64,000 nucleotides of DNA from Gammaproteobacteria bacterium (GCA_038142325.1 JAYQJW010000002.1:288001-352000), one strand, 5' to 3'. Shown: positions 35,257 to 45,174, numbered from the stretch's first letter. Made by a program: numbers and translations. Notes: generated from the letters alone by a model not told the origin.

Positions 35257-35931
35257 AAGTATACGATCATCAAACACAAAGCAGTCTCCTTCCCACAAAT
35301 AATCTTGTTTTTTATTCAGATAGTTGATAATACCCCCTCCTAATTGATAAACATCACTAAATCCATGTTCATTAAGAAACTTTCCGGCTTTTTCGCATCT
35401 TATTCCACCAGTACAAAAAATCGCTGTTTTCTTATTTTTATCTAGTTTATCAAGTTCATCGACTCTATCTTTTAAATCTGTAAAGTTTTTAAGTCGAAGA
35501 TTAATTGCATTTTTAAAGGTACCAAGTGAATACTCAAAATCATTTCTCATATCTATAATTTGTACATGATTATTTAGAAGCTTATTCCATGCTTCTGGAG
35601 TTACTGTTTGTAACTTATTTTTATTCTTATATTGAAATTCATAATTAAATTTTATAATCTCAGCTTTAATTTTCACTTTAAGTTTTTGGAATGCTATACC
35701 ATTACTCTCTGTTCTATTAACATGTACGTCATCTAACTCAATAACCTTACTGATATTTTGAATAGCTTTTTCTAAAAGTTCATATTCTTGACTGATATTT
35801 ATGTTTATTCCTTCTTTAGAAATCAATACTGTACCTTTGATGTTCAGCTTATCTAAACATCTAAATATCTTTTCTCTAATAGTATTTAGATTTGAAATAT
35901 CTATGAATATATAAAGACTATATACAAACAT
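35239..35931 (-). CDS. trhO: Rhodanese-related tRNA U34 hydroxylase TrhO-like
   Basis: KGTVLISKEGIN, KLKVKIKAEI, DMRNDFE, FCTGGIRCEKA, LWEGDCFVFDDR. Confidence 0.8.
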   Translation of the reverse strand: MFVYSLYIFIDISNLNTIREKIFRCLDKLNIKGTVLISKEGININISQEYELLEKAIQNISKVIELDDVHVNRTESNGIAFQKLKVKIKAEIIKFNYEFQYKNKNKLQTVTPEAWNKLLNNHVQIIDMRNDFEYSLGTFKNAINLRLKNFTDLKDRVDELDKLDKNKKTAIFCTGGIRCEKAGKFLNEHGFSDVYQLGGGIINYLNKKQDYLWEGDCFVFDDRILLKGDS

Positions 35932-36593
35932 TATTTAATATAACAAATTGTCATGCCATCATAAATTGATAATAAAGAGTGTTCAACCCTTACGTCTTGT
36001 TTTATTTTATCATTCAAATTTCTAATTGATTGTGTACTTTTGTTATCGATATCATTGTCAAAAACTCTACCTTTCCACAGAGTATTATCAATACATATCA
36101 CTCCACCTTTCTGCATCATTGAGATAATTAATTCATAATATTTTTCGTAATTTGATTTATCTGCATCAATAAATGCAAAATCAAACTTTTCAACATTCTG
36201 ATCTCTTAGTGACAGCAAAGCTTCCAAAGCATTATTTTTTATTAGATTAATTTTATTTTTAATTTCTGCATATTCCCAATACTTCTCAGCAATTTTTAAG
36301 TATTTATCATTATTATCTATTACGGTAAGTTTAGATTCATTTGGTATAGATGTTCCAATGCATATGGAACTATATCCAGTAAATACACCAACCTCTAAGC
36401 AATTTTTGAAATTTGATATCTTACAAAGTATAGATAAAAGTGCGCCTTGAGCCGCACCTACTTGCATAATAGAAATATCTCCTAATTTTTTAGTTTCTTC
36501 TCTATTTTTTTTTAGGAGCTCAGATTCATTGTATCCAACTAAATCTATATATTCTCTTAGGTTATCAGAGTGAATCGGAGAGCTCTTAGACAT
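35931..36593 (-). CDS. Cation-dependent O-methyltransferase (CCoAOMT/TrmR superfamily)
   Basis: LEVGVFTGYS, FDFAFIDADKSNY, IDNTLWKG. Confidence 0.88.
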   Translation of the reverse strand: MSKSSPIHSDNLREYIDLVGYNESELLKKNREETKKLGDISIMQVGAAQGALLSILCKISNFKNCLEVGVFTGYSSICIGTSIPNESKLTVIDNNDKYLKIAEKYWEYAEIKNKINLIKNNALEALLSLRDQNVEKFDFAFIDADKSNYEKYYELIISMMQKGGVICIDNTLWKGRVFDNDIDNKSTQSIRNLNDKIKQDVRVEHSLLSIYDGMTICYIK

Positions 36594-37168
36594 TATTGTC
36601 TTCTTGCTTCAAATTCTATGATTAACTCAATATCATCTCCAACTAGATTGTCTTGAATTGCATACATCATCCCGTGCTCTGATCTTTTAATAACCCCTCT
36701 TGCAGAGATGCCCATTACGTATGGCTTTATGATGCCGCCGAAGGGATATTTAGCAATTTTGTTTATTTTTCCAGTTAGAACAAGTGGTTTTGTGATGCCC
36801 AATAAAGTTAGATTACCATTTATAATGGTCTCATCTTTTTCGATTTTTACATTATCTGCAGTGAATATCATCTCAGGAAATTCATCAACATTTAGAAAGT
36901 CCGGACTCATTAGATGCTCATCTCTTTTAGTGTGATTAGTAAAAACGCTATTAGTTTTTATTTTTATATTGATGTCATTAATTTTATTTTCAGTTAGATC
37001 ATGAGTATATTCTCCCTCTATCTCACGAAACATCCCTAGAGTTTTTGCATACCCAACATGATCAACTAAAAAGCCTACAGCAAAATGAGTTTCATCAATC
37101 TTGTATCTATCTTGGGAAGCAAAGGCAACAACAGGCAACAATAACAAAATAATAAATCTTTTAATCAT
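36593..37168 (-). CDS. YceI-family polyisoprenoid-binding protein
   Basis: Signal peptide, YKIDETH, RDEHLMSPDF, GNLTLLGITKP. Confidence 0.9.
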   Translation of the reverse strand: MIKRFIILLLLPVVAFASQDRYKIDETHFAVGFLVDHVGYAKTLGMFREIEGEYTHDLTENKINDINIKIKTNSVFTNHTKRDEHLMSPDFLNVDEFPEMIFTADNVKIEKDETIINGNLTLLGITKPLVLTGKINKIAKYPFGGIIKPYVMGISARGVIKRSEHGMMYAIQDNLVGDDIELIIEFEARRQ

Positions 37169-37868
37169 ATTTTCTCCTATAAAGATAAAAAGTATCTTTT
37201 ACAAATGAGTAACTAATCAATATAAATACTACGTATAATAATATCCTGATTGAATCTACTGTGCTATAAATATTACATAAGGCAAGTGACAAAATTGTCA
37301 TAACACATATGAGTTTTCTAAAAAAAGACGTAGGAAGGCTTTGATTACTTATTACATTCAATCTTATTAATAGTATAAAAATATATCTATAGATTGGAAT
37401 GATTAAGATTATAAAAATAAAGTCATAATTATAAACTAGTGATATTGTAAGAATCAGAATTAGAAAATTATCAACTTCTTGATCAAAAAGACTACCAAAA
37501 GTTGTATCTTGCATTAAATATCTAGACAAAAAACCATCAGCTCCATCTAAAAGTAAACTAATAAGAATTAAGTTTATGAACAAATATTCATTATAGCCTT
37601 CTATGTTAAAAACTATCGATAATATAAATATGTTGATAGTCAATCTAGCATTAGTTAATGAATTTGGAATATTTAGTTCAGCATTATGCTTTTTGAAATG
37701 AAAAGCTAAGATGAATGAAATGACTAAAAAAATTATAATAATTTTCTTTAGATCTTCTATAAATATTATTTGAGAAAATAGTAGAATAAGCAAACTAAGG
37801 TAAGATAGATTAAATAAAAATAGTTGTAACCCAACATAACTACTATGACTATTTTTGATATAATCCAT
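37161..37868 (-). CDS. CDP-alcohol phosphatidyltransferase family protein
   Basis: PNSLT..R, LDGADGFLSR...FGSLFDQEVD signature. Confidence 0.88.
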   Translation of the reverse strand: MDYIKNSHSSYVGLQLFLFNLSYLSLLILLFSQIIFIEDLKKIIIIFLVISFILAFHFKKHNAELNIPNSLTNARLTINIFILSIVFNIEGYNEYLFINLILISLLLDGADGFLSRYLMQDTTFGSLFDQEVDNFLILILTISLVYNYDFIFIILIIPIYRYIFILLIRLNVISNQSLPTSFFRKLICVMTILSLALCNIYSTVDSIRILLYVVFILISYSFVKDTFYLYRRKYD

Positions 37869-37870
37869 TT

Positions 37871-38836
37871 ATGGAACAGTATACAGCACAATCATTTTGG
37901 TCATCAAAAAAAAGAGGATCAATCAAATCTAAGACTTTAAAATATAAACTTCATGACAGTGAGGTTTTAATAGAAGCTGTCTACTCAGGCTTAAGTTATG
38001 GGACGGAGAAAATTGTCTTTGACGGTCTAGTACCCAAGAATCAATATGATCTTATGCGAGCGCCTCATCAAGAAGGATCATTCAATACCAGCGTTAAATA
38101 TGGCTATTTAAATGTTGGCAAAGTAATAAAAGGCCCTAGAAAATACGAAAATAAAATGGTTTATACAATGTATCCACATCAATCAAAATTTATAATTAAT
38201 TCATCTTTAGCAACATTAATCCCAAATTATATCCCTGCAAAAAGAGCCTTACTCACCGCAAATATGGAAACAGCTATTAATGCTATATGGGATAGCCAAC
38301 CCTCTGTTGGAGATAAAACTTATGTGATAGGTGCAGGTATAGTGGGTTTGCTTATGGCCTATGTGTTATCCAAGACATTTGGAGTTGAGGTAACGATGAT
38401 AGATAAAGATATGAAGAAGAATATTTGTAAAAGACTTAACATACCTTTTATAAACGATATTAATAAAATACAAAATCCTGATATTATTTATGAGTGTTCG
38501 GGGAATATTTCCGTATTGGATAATTTAGTCAATCATATCGCCCTTGATACAAAGATATGTATACTTAGTTGGTATGGAAAACAAAAGTCACAAATAAAAA
38601 TGGGTGAAAATTGTTTTTCTAGAAGATTAAATATGATTTTTTCTCAAGTTGGCAATATCGCTTCATATAAACTAAGGAAGTATGACAATCTCAAAAGAAG
38701 GGCACTAGCACTAGATATGCTCAATGATGATATACTAGATTATTTGATTGATAAGAAAGAATTACAATTAAATGACCTTCCTAAATTTTTTACTAAAACT
38801 TATGATAAAGGTCTAAGTAAAGTAGTTAAATATTGA
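37871..38836 (+). CDS. MDR-family (zinc-type) dehydrogenase
   Basis: SGLSYGTE, MRAPHQEG, TANMETAINAIWD, GAGIVG, SWYG, SQVG. Confidence 0.8.
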   Translation: MEQYTAQSFWSSKKRGSIKSKTLKYKLHDSEVLIEAVYSGLSYGTEKIVFDGLVPKNQYDLMRAPHQEGSFNTSVKYGYLNVGKVIKGPRKYENKMVYTMYPHQSKFIINSSLATLIPNYIPAKRALLTANMETAINAIWDSQPSVGDKTYVIGAGIVGLLMAYVLSKTFGVEVTMIDKDMKKNICKRLNIPFINDINKIQNPDIIYECSGNISVLDNLVNHIALDTKICILSWYGKQKSQIKMGENCFSRRLNMIFSQVGNIASYKLRKYDNLKRRALALDMLNDDILDYLIDKKELQLNDLPKFFTKTYDKGLSKVVKY

Positions 38837-39230
38837 TGTTTGAATTGAAAATAAGAGATTACTGTTTTGTTGCACATAGTTTAAATGACGATTTTTTTGG
38901 GCCAGCGAAAAATCTTCACGGAGTGACTTATGTTGTTGATATGACATTATCTTCAAAAAGTTTGATTGAGAAGAATGTCATCATTGATATTGGCTTAGCT
39001 ACTGACATTTTAAAAAGAGTACTTGATAAATATAACTATAAAAATCTTGATGATTTAGATAGTTTGAAAGGGAATATTACAACGACAGAATTTATGGCAA
39101 AACAACTCACCGATGATATTTATAGTGAGTTAGAATCTAGCAGTTATCCAGTAAAAAAACTTTTCTCAATTAAAGTTAATTTAAAAAAAAAAACCATTTG
39201 GCCTCAGCTTCTTATACAAAGCTCATATAA
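38836..39230 (+). CDS. 6-pyruvoyl-tetrahydropterin synthase family protein, PTPS-IV type
   Basis: AHSL...FFGPAKNLHGVTY, YKNLDD, TTTEFMA; likely true end ...NHLASASYTKLI* beyond the A11 run at 39183-39193. Confidence 0.82.
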
Positions 39231-39231
39231 A

Positions 39232-40215
39232 GTGAATTACTTTATTACTCCAGACCTAAGTGCTATATCTGGCGGCAATAAGTATGATAAAAGTATACTC
39301 GAATTCTTGAATAAGAAGCCTTTCAAGCTTTTAAATATATGCTTAAATAATAAGATAAAAAAACCTCTAAGTTTTTTTAATACTATTAATAAAATACCAA
39401 AAAAATCAAAAATCATTATTGATGGCTTACTTGCTATTAAAATGTTAAACATGATTAATTATCTTACAAAAAAATATGAAGTGATCATTCTGATTCATCA
39501 TCCTGTTTCATATGAGAATAGTAATAATGGCAATATATTTTTAAAACTCAAAGAAAGAAAATTATTTTCTAAGGCACATAGATTAATTACAGTAAGCAGA
39601 ACTATGAAAAGCGTCATTAGAAGGATGATTAATAAAAAGATTAATATTGATGTAGTCAGTCCAGCTGTTGACTGTATATATTATCAAAATCCTATTAGTA
39701 AATTAACTGGACATAACATAATTTGTATCGGATCTGTTATACCAAGAAAGAATATTGAAGCATGTATCACTTCACTTAAATACTTAGATAATCATTGGAC
39801 TCTTACTATAATCGGAAGTTACAAAAACGACTCATATTTTAAATATTTAAATAATTTAATAAGGGAATTTGATTTAAATAAGAGAGTGAAATTTCTAGGA
39901 AAGATTGAGGAAAATAATGATTTAATTAATATCATAAGAAAATCAAAAATTTACATATGCCTTAGTCAATATGAAGGCTATGGTATGGCAAATGTTGAAG
40001 CAGCATCACTTGGAATACCTCTTGTCGTTTCGAATTTGCCTGTCTTCCATGAAAACTTAAAAGGTTTTAAAAGAAAATATGTTGATATAAATTGTCATGA
40101 GTCCATAGCTCAGGCTATTGAAGATTTATCAAATGAAGAAATCTCAGTTATTAGTAAGACTCCTTACAGATGGAGTGATGCAGGAAATAAATTTAAGAGA
40201 GTATTAAATGCCTGA
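39232..40215 (+). CDS. Glycosyltransferase family 4
   Basis: GTG start; SGGNKYD, IIDGLL, LIHHP, GSVIPRKN, YEGYGMANVEA. Confidence 0.85.
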   Translation: MNYFITPDLSAISGGNKYDKSILEFLNKKPFKLLNICLNNKIKKPLSFFNTINKIPKKSKIIIDGLLAIKMLNMINYLTKKYEVIILIHHPVSYENSNNGNIFLKLKERKLFSKAHRLITVSRTMKSVIRRMINKKINIDVVSPAVDCIYYQNPISKLTGHNIICIGSVIPRKNIEACITSLKYLDNHWTLTIIGSYKNDSYFKYLNNLIREFDLNKRVKFLGKIEENNDLINIIRKSKIYICLSQYEGYGMANVEAASLGIPLVVSNLPVFHENLKGFKRKYVDINCHESIAQAIEDLSNEEISVISKTPYRWSDAGNKFKRVLNA

Positions 40216-41077
40216 TTATTTTAGTAAATCTTGGATAAATATGAGAATGCAATATGATGATGCAGCAAGAAGTGATATTTTAATAAACTTTTTAAGAAGT
40301 AATTCTAAGTATGACGACTATAATTTGATTGATATGTGTTCAGGTACTGGAAGTTTTCTCATCTGGTTGCTTAAAAATAATGTAACTTTTAAAAAAAATA
40401 TTCTTATTGATCATGATATGACCCTTCTTAAATCAATTAAAAGTAATTTTAGAAAATATCTCAAAGATAAATATATTGTTAAATCAAACTCTAATAATCT
40501 TAATTTAATCTTGATGGATAAAAATAAGAATAGCATTGATGTTGACATCGAGAAAAGTGATTGTCAAAAATATAATCTTGATGAAAATCAGTCTTTCATT
40601 ATAAGTTATTCTGCTGCTATTGATTTAATGTCAAAATCATCTATCACTAATTCACTATCTAATATGAAAAAAAATAATATTTTATTTTATTCACTTTGTT
40701 TCGATGGAAAGGTTAAATGGTTACCCAGTCATCATTTTGATAAATATATCTTATCTTTCTTTAATAAGCATCAAATGACGGATAAGGGCTTTGGTAAGGC
40801 CCTTGGCTATCAGGCAATAGATTATTTGACCATGAAGGCCAAGAAGTTGGGATATAGAGTAACTAAAAAGGAATCAGCATGGAATATAGTAAATTCTAAT
40901 GAAAAAGATAAGGATTTCATGCGTAGATACATTTTAGACATTAAAAAAGCTTTATATCACATGGAAGGTATAGATAAATCTATGTTAAGTGAATGGTATT
41001 TGAATAAAAAAGAATGTATACACCACAAGAAATTGAAACTATGCGTAGGACATAAGGATATTCTTGTTACCAGGTAG
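40208..41077 (+). CDS. Class I SAM-dependent methyltransferase
   Basis: FSKSWINMR..YDDAARS, IDMCSGTGS, SAAIDLMS, FNKHQ, VGHKDIL. Confidence 0.78.
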   Translation: MPDYFSKSWINMRMQYDDAARSDILINFLRSNSKYDDYNLIDMCSGTGSFLIWLLKNNVTFKKNILIDHDMTLLKSIKSNFRKYLKDKYIVKSNSNNLNLILMDKNKNSIDVDIEKSDCQKYNLDENQSFIISYSAAIDLMSKSSITNSLSNMKKNNILFYSLCFDGKVKWLPSHHFDKYILSFFNKHQMTDKGFGKALGYQAIDYLTMKAKKLGYRVTKKESAWNIVNSNEKDKDFMRRYILDIKKALYHMEGIDKSMLSEWYLNKKECIHHKKLKLCVGHKDILVTR

Positions 41078-41955
41078 TGAAAAAAGTTTTTAATTACATA
41101 TTGTCTCTATTATTGATGGTCATCATTTTGATGACATATGGGAGTGATGTGGCAGCTATTATCACAAGAGTTGATTTACTTTTTTTCCCAATAGTTTTGT
41201 TAATTAGTATCTTACAATACGCATTATCAGCATGGAGATGGAGTTACATAGCATCTAAAACTCAGTCTACAATAAAATATACTGATGCTATTAGATATTA
41301 TTACATCGCTGGATTCTTAAATAATATATTACCTACAGGAATAATCGGTGATATATATAGAACATTTAATATTAAAGTTAACAATCAACAATCTGGAAAT
41401 ATAATTAAATCTTTACAATCTGTGATATTTGAAAGACTATCTGGACAGATTGCTCTAGGAATAACCTTTATTATTTCTCTTGAAATTTACTTTATCGTAA
41501 ATGAGAAATATTTAGCTTCTTTGTATATTTTTTCATTTATTATTTTTTCAATTATCTTGCTTAAGCTGGTTTTTTATTATCAAAAGAAAAATAAGTATAT
41601 CATTAACTTTAAGTATATATTTAGCGGAAAGAGGCTTTACAAACATTTTCTCTTATCACTAATAATCGTGATGACTTATATCATTACATATATAATTTGC
41701 GCTTATTCATTAAATCTTAATATTGATTTAATTAGTTTTTTTGTTTTCGCCCCAATAATACTTCTTTCTATGGCTTTGCCAATAAGTATTGGCGGATGGG
41801 GAATTAGAGAGACAGCAGCTTTGGTCATATCCTTTTTATTGGGATTATCTGTCTCTGCGAGTGTTACAGTTGCAATTGTTTATGGGCTTACTAATCTATT
41901 ATGCTCACTTCCTGGGGCATATTTCTTTTTATCTAGACAACACTCTAAATTTTGA
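41077..41955 (+). CDS. Lysylphosphatidylglycerol-synthase TM / flippase-like protein
   Basis: SAWRW, FLNNILPTGIIGDIYR, ERLSGQ, LPISIGGWGIRE. Confidence 0.85.
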   Translation: MKKVFNYILSLLLMVIILMTYGSDVAAIITRVDLLFFPIVLLISILQYALSAWRWSYIASKTQSTIKYTDAIRYYYIAGFLNNILPTGIIGDIYRTFNIKVNNQQSGNIIKSLQSVIFERLSGQIALGITFIISLEIYFIVNEKYLASLYIFSFIIFSIILLKLVFYYQKKNKYIINFKYIFSGKRLYKHFLLSLIIVMTYIITYIICAYSLNLNIDLISFFVFAPIILLSMALPISIGGWGIRETAALVISFLLGLSVSASVTVAIVYGLTNLLCSLPGAYFFLSRQHSKF

Positions 41956-42709
41956 TATCAAATAGTACGTCTTTACCCATGAGATGATGGACAGATTTAT
42001 AAGATGGCATTTCGTTTATACCTAAGACATCATTTTTAATAAAAGAAGGTCTTCCTCCTCCAAGGATTATTGGACACAAACAAACATGAATTCTATCTAG
42101 AATCTTTTTATCTAGAAAATATGAAATTGTTTTCCCTCCTCCTTCTATATATACAATTTTATTATTAGTATCTATATTTTTTTTAAAAGATGAAAAATCT
42201 GAAAATATTTGACCATCTTCAGCGATTTTATTTTTATTTATAATCTTTTTTGGATCAAAAATATAAATTTTCGGGTTTTTACCATCTACTAACCTTGTTG
42301 TTAGTCTTGGTTTATCTTCTAGGTATGTGTTTGCTCCAACTATGATTATATCTGATATTGCTCTGAGTCTGTGTATATGCTCTAGATTCTCTCTACCACT
42401 TATATATTTTGATTCACCAGAATTTGTTGCAATATAACCATCAAGAGATTGTGCAATATGACCTATGTATTGTATCTTATCTTTACAACAAACTATTGGT
42501 AGAAATATCTCAAAAAGAGATGTTAATTCATCATCAAGTGCTAAATTAGAGCTCTTTATGATATTTTTTTTAATATCATAGATCAGACTTATATCCTTAC
42601 CTGATATATTTTCTTTGATTTTAATTTCTTTGCTCTTGCCAAAGTCACAACTATTGATTTTTAAAATCAGTGACCAAGCATTTTTTTTTGATATACTAAA
42701 TTTACGCAT
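41945..42709 (-). CDS. RibD C-terminal reductase-domain protein
   Basis: AQSLDGYIAT..GESKYISG, HRLRA, DKPRLTTR, IEGGGKT; no deaminase domain. Confidence 0.85.
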   Translation of the reverse strand: MRKFSISKKNAWSLILKINSCDFGKSKEIKIKENISGKDISLIYDIKKNIIKSSNLALDDELTSLFEIFLPIVCCKDKIQYIGHIAQSLDGYIATNSGESKYISGRENLEHIHRLRAISDIIIVGANTYLEDKPRLTTRLVDGKNPKIYIFDPKKIINKNKIAEDGQIFSDFSSFKKNIDTNNKIVYIEGGGKTISYFLDKKILDRIHVCLCPIILGGGRPSFIKNDVLGINEMPSYKSVHHLMGKDVLFDIKI

Positions 42710-42717
42710 AAAAAACA

Positions 42718-42945
42718 ATGGGTTTTTTGAAAAACATAGTTAAAAATATACTTCACGGTTCATTAATATCTGTACCGCTTTTAATTTTTATACATTTCAC
42801 ACATGGATATTTTTCGCAATATAGCCCAATACCCTCAATAATATATTTTTTTTCCTCAATGTCACTGGGTATTCTCTATTTAGCAATTACACTATACTTG
42901 ATGGGTTTGCTAGCTAATTTTTTCGTCAAAAATTTAGATTTATAA
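42718..42945 (+). CDS. Small membrane hypothetical protein
   Basis: 75-aa ORF with two hydrophobic segments. Confidence 0.45.
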   Translation: MGFLKNIVKNILHGSLISVPLLIFIHFTHGYFSQYSPIPSIIYFFSSMSLGILYLAITLYLMGLLANFFVKNLDL

Positions 42946-43395
42946 AATAGTTGGATTAGGCGCATCTCCATACACCTCTTCAGGGTCAAATATTTTTTCT
43001 TCTTCAATAAACTTCAATTCAAGTTGTTTTGAATTAGTATCAATTTCTCTGTAAAAACATGATTTGTATCCCACATGACAACTTGCTTCACCTCTAACGA
43101 TTACATTTAGCCACACGCAATCTTGATCATCATCAATAAATATATTTTTAACATCTTGTATCAGACCACTAGTAGCGCCTTTATGCCACAAGCATTTTCT
43201 GCTTCTACTGTAATAATGAGCTTGCTTAGTAGATATGGTTTTCTCCAACGCTTCTTGATTCATATAAGCATGCATAAGGACAATGCCTGTTTTAGCATCT
43301 GTAGTTACAACTGGTATGAAGCCTTTGTCATCAAACTTTGGCGCGAGATCATTACCTTCTTCTACCTGTTTAATAGTTTGTCTTTCTTTGAACAT
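42940..43395 (-). CDS. hisI: Phosphoribosyl-AMP cyclohydrolase
   Basis: LMHAYMN, YYSRSR..LWHKGATSG, DDDQD, SCHVGYKSCFYR. Confidence 0.92.
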   Translation of the reverse strand: MFKERQTIKQVEEGNDLAPKFDDKGFIPVVTTDAKTGIVLMHAYMNQEALEKTISTKQAHYYSRSRKCLWHKGATSGLIQDVKNIFIDDDQDCVWLNVIVRGEASCHVGYKSCFYREIDTNSKQLELKFIEEEKIFDPEEVYGDAPNPTIL

Positions 43396-43609
43396 TTATC
43401 TTATTATTTTTAAAATCTTTTCTTGTCTTTTTTAGATATTTTTCATGCACATCTTTTGTTACGAATAGTCTACCACAGTAATAGCATTCTGCACGACCTT
43501 CATCAACTGTAAGATATATCAGTGGGTGTTTTCCAGATTTTTCATCACCACTACAGGAGACTTTCGTTTCCTTGTTTTCAATTACTTTGACGTTTTGACG
43601 TTTGATCAT
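43370..43609 (-). CDS. zf-CHCC zinc-finger protein (NDUFS6-like)
   Basis: VSCSG...HPLIYL...CYYCG. Confidence 0.8.
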   Translation of the reverse strand: MIKRQNVKVIENKETKVSCSGDEKSGKHPLIYLTVDEGRAECYYCGRLFVTKDVHEKYLKKTRKDFKNNKINVQRKTNY

Positions 43610-43612
43610 AAT

Positions 43613-44272
43613 TCACAATGATGAAAAATCACCTAACTTCATTAATCTTTCTCTAAATTTTTCTTTAATCTCTTCAGTAAGCGAATCAATATCTAAAGCC
43701 TTTTTCATTAATTCTATGTTCTTTATGTCAACGAAAAGGATAGAAGCTATTTCTTTTATACTCATCGAATTATTCTCTTCATGAATTTTTTCAATAGTAT
43801 CACCTTTTTCAATGCTTCCTTCTTCAATCACCCTCAGATAACTTCCAAGTAAACCAGATTGAGAAAACATTCTAGGAAAATCTCGGCTATTCATTTTAAT
43901 TCCAATTTTGTAACAAGGGATTCTTGGTTGACTAACTTGTAGCACACAATCATTTATTTTGAATCTATCTCCAATTCTAATATCATTTTCGTCAAAGTTA
44001 TCTATCGTTAAATTTTCTCCTACTAATCCATATTCATTAAATTCTTTTTTTAAATGCTCGCCCCATAATTTATAGTGGGTATAGGAATATGCATACACAG
44101 CTTTATCATACCCTCCATGCACGCTGAGATCGGCTTGTCTGTCTCCTTCAATACCATGCGACGTAACTTGAACCTTATTTGAGACAGGTTTTTTATAAAT
44201 ACTTGTGATAAGCTCTTTACCATTAAAAGTAACCTTTTGTGGCTCAGATACATTTATAGACAAAATTTTCAT
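43613..44272 (-). CDS. MOSC-domain protein (YiiM-like)
   Basis: GDRQAD..VHGG.DKAVY, GENLT, QPRIPCYK. Confidence 0.9.
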   Translation of the reverse strand: MKILSINVSEPQKVTFNGKELITSIYKKPVSNKVQVTSHGIEGDRQADLSVHGGYDKAVYAYSYTHYKLWGEHLKKEFNEYGLVGENLTIDNFDENDIRIGDRFKINDCVLQVSQPRIPCYKIGIKMNSRDFPRMFSQSGLLGSYLRVIEEGSIEKGDTIEKIHEENNSMSIKEIASILFVDIKNIELMKKALDIDSLTEEIKEKFRERLMKLGDFSSL

Positions 44273-44292
44273 ATCAATGATTCGATATTAAC

Positions 44293-45174
44293 ATGAATTT
44301 TCTCAAAACTAACTGGTTCCTTCTAATTTTGCTATCAGCAATTTGGGGAGGGGCTTTTACATTAAATAAAATTGCTCTAAATACATTTACACCCGAAGTA
44401 ATAGTTGCAGGAAGACTAATTTCTGGATCAATATTTCTGGTAGCTTTGGTATATTTTTTATATAAAAAATTCACAATTAATATATCGCAGCTGAACTATT
44501 ATTTATTTATGAGCTTGGTTGGGATTGTTATTCCTTTCATTGCAATAATCACTGGGCAAAAAAATATTGATAGTGCAATGGCAGGTATTTTAATGGCAAC
44601 TATGCCAATCTCAACAATCCTTCTCTCTCACATTTTTCTGGAAGACGAAAAAATGAATCAACAGAAATTTATTGGTTTTGTTATCTCATTCTTGGGGGTT
44701 TTTGTTCTGATTTATCGTAAAGATTTATTTGTTGATAATTCAATAAGCGAGACATTTGAATCTCAACTTTTAGTAATATTAGGAGCAACACTTTATGCCT
44801 TTGCAGCTATCTATGGGAAAAAATACAAAATTACTGATCCACTGAGCGCATCAACAGGAACAATTCTTTTTGCTACCTTTTTTATGACCATTTATTTAAT
44901 TTTCATTGATCAATCAAATCCAAGTTATAGCGTCCTTTTCCTTGATATTAATATTCTCCTCTTAGGAATACTATGTACTGCAATTGCTACAATAATTTAT
45001 TTTCAAATTTTACAAACAGAGGGCGCTTCATTTTTATCTATTATGAATTTTTTAATACCGCTTTGGGCTATTTTATTTGGAATAATAATCTTGGAAGACC
45101 AGTTCAGTTGGAACTATATCATCGGTTTAATAGTAATATTATTTGGGATAAAGCTAGCAAATTCAGTTCGTTAA
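44293..45174 (+). CDS. EamA/DMT family transporter
   Basis: IWGGAF, ten TMs, duplicated EamA pattern. Confidence 0.88.
   Translation: MNFLKTNWFLLILLSAIWGGAFTLNKIALNTFTPEVIVAGRLISGSIFLVALVYFLYKKFTINISQLNYYLFMSLVGIVIPFIAIITGQKNIDSAMAGILMATMPISTILLSHIFLEDEKMNQQKFIGFVISFLGVFVLIYRKDLFVDNSISETFESQLLVILGATLYAFAAIYGKKYKITDPLSASTGTILFATFFMTIYLIFIDQSNPSYSVLFLDINILLLGILCTAIATIIYFQILQTEGASFLSIMNFLIPLWAILFGIIILEDQFSWNYIIGLIVILFGIKLANSVR

Noticed and set aside
38833-40215. Novel PTPS-glycosyltransferase fusion
   Set aside because: The join is an A11 run; the alternate frame gives a plausible PTPS end (NHLASASY...TAA 39230) and a GTG start follows at 39232
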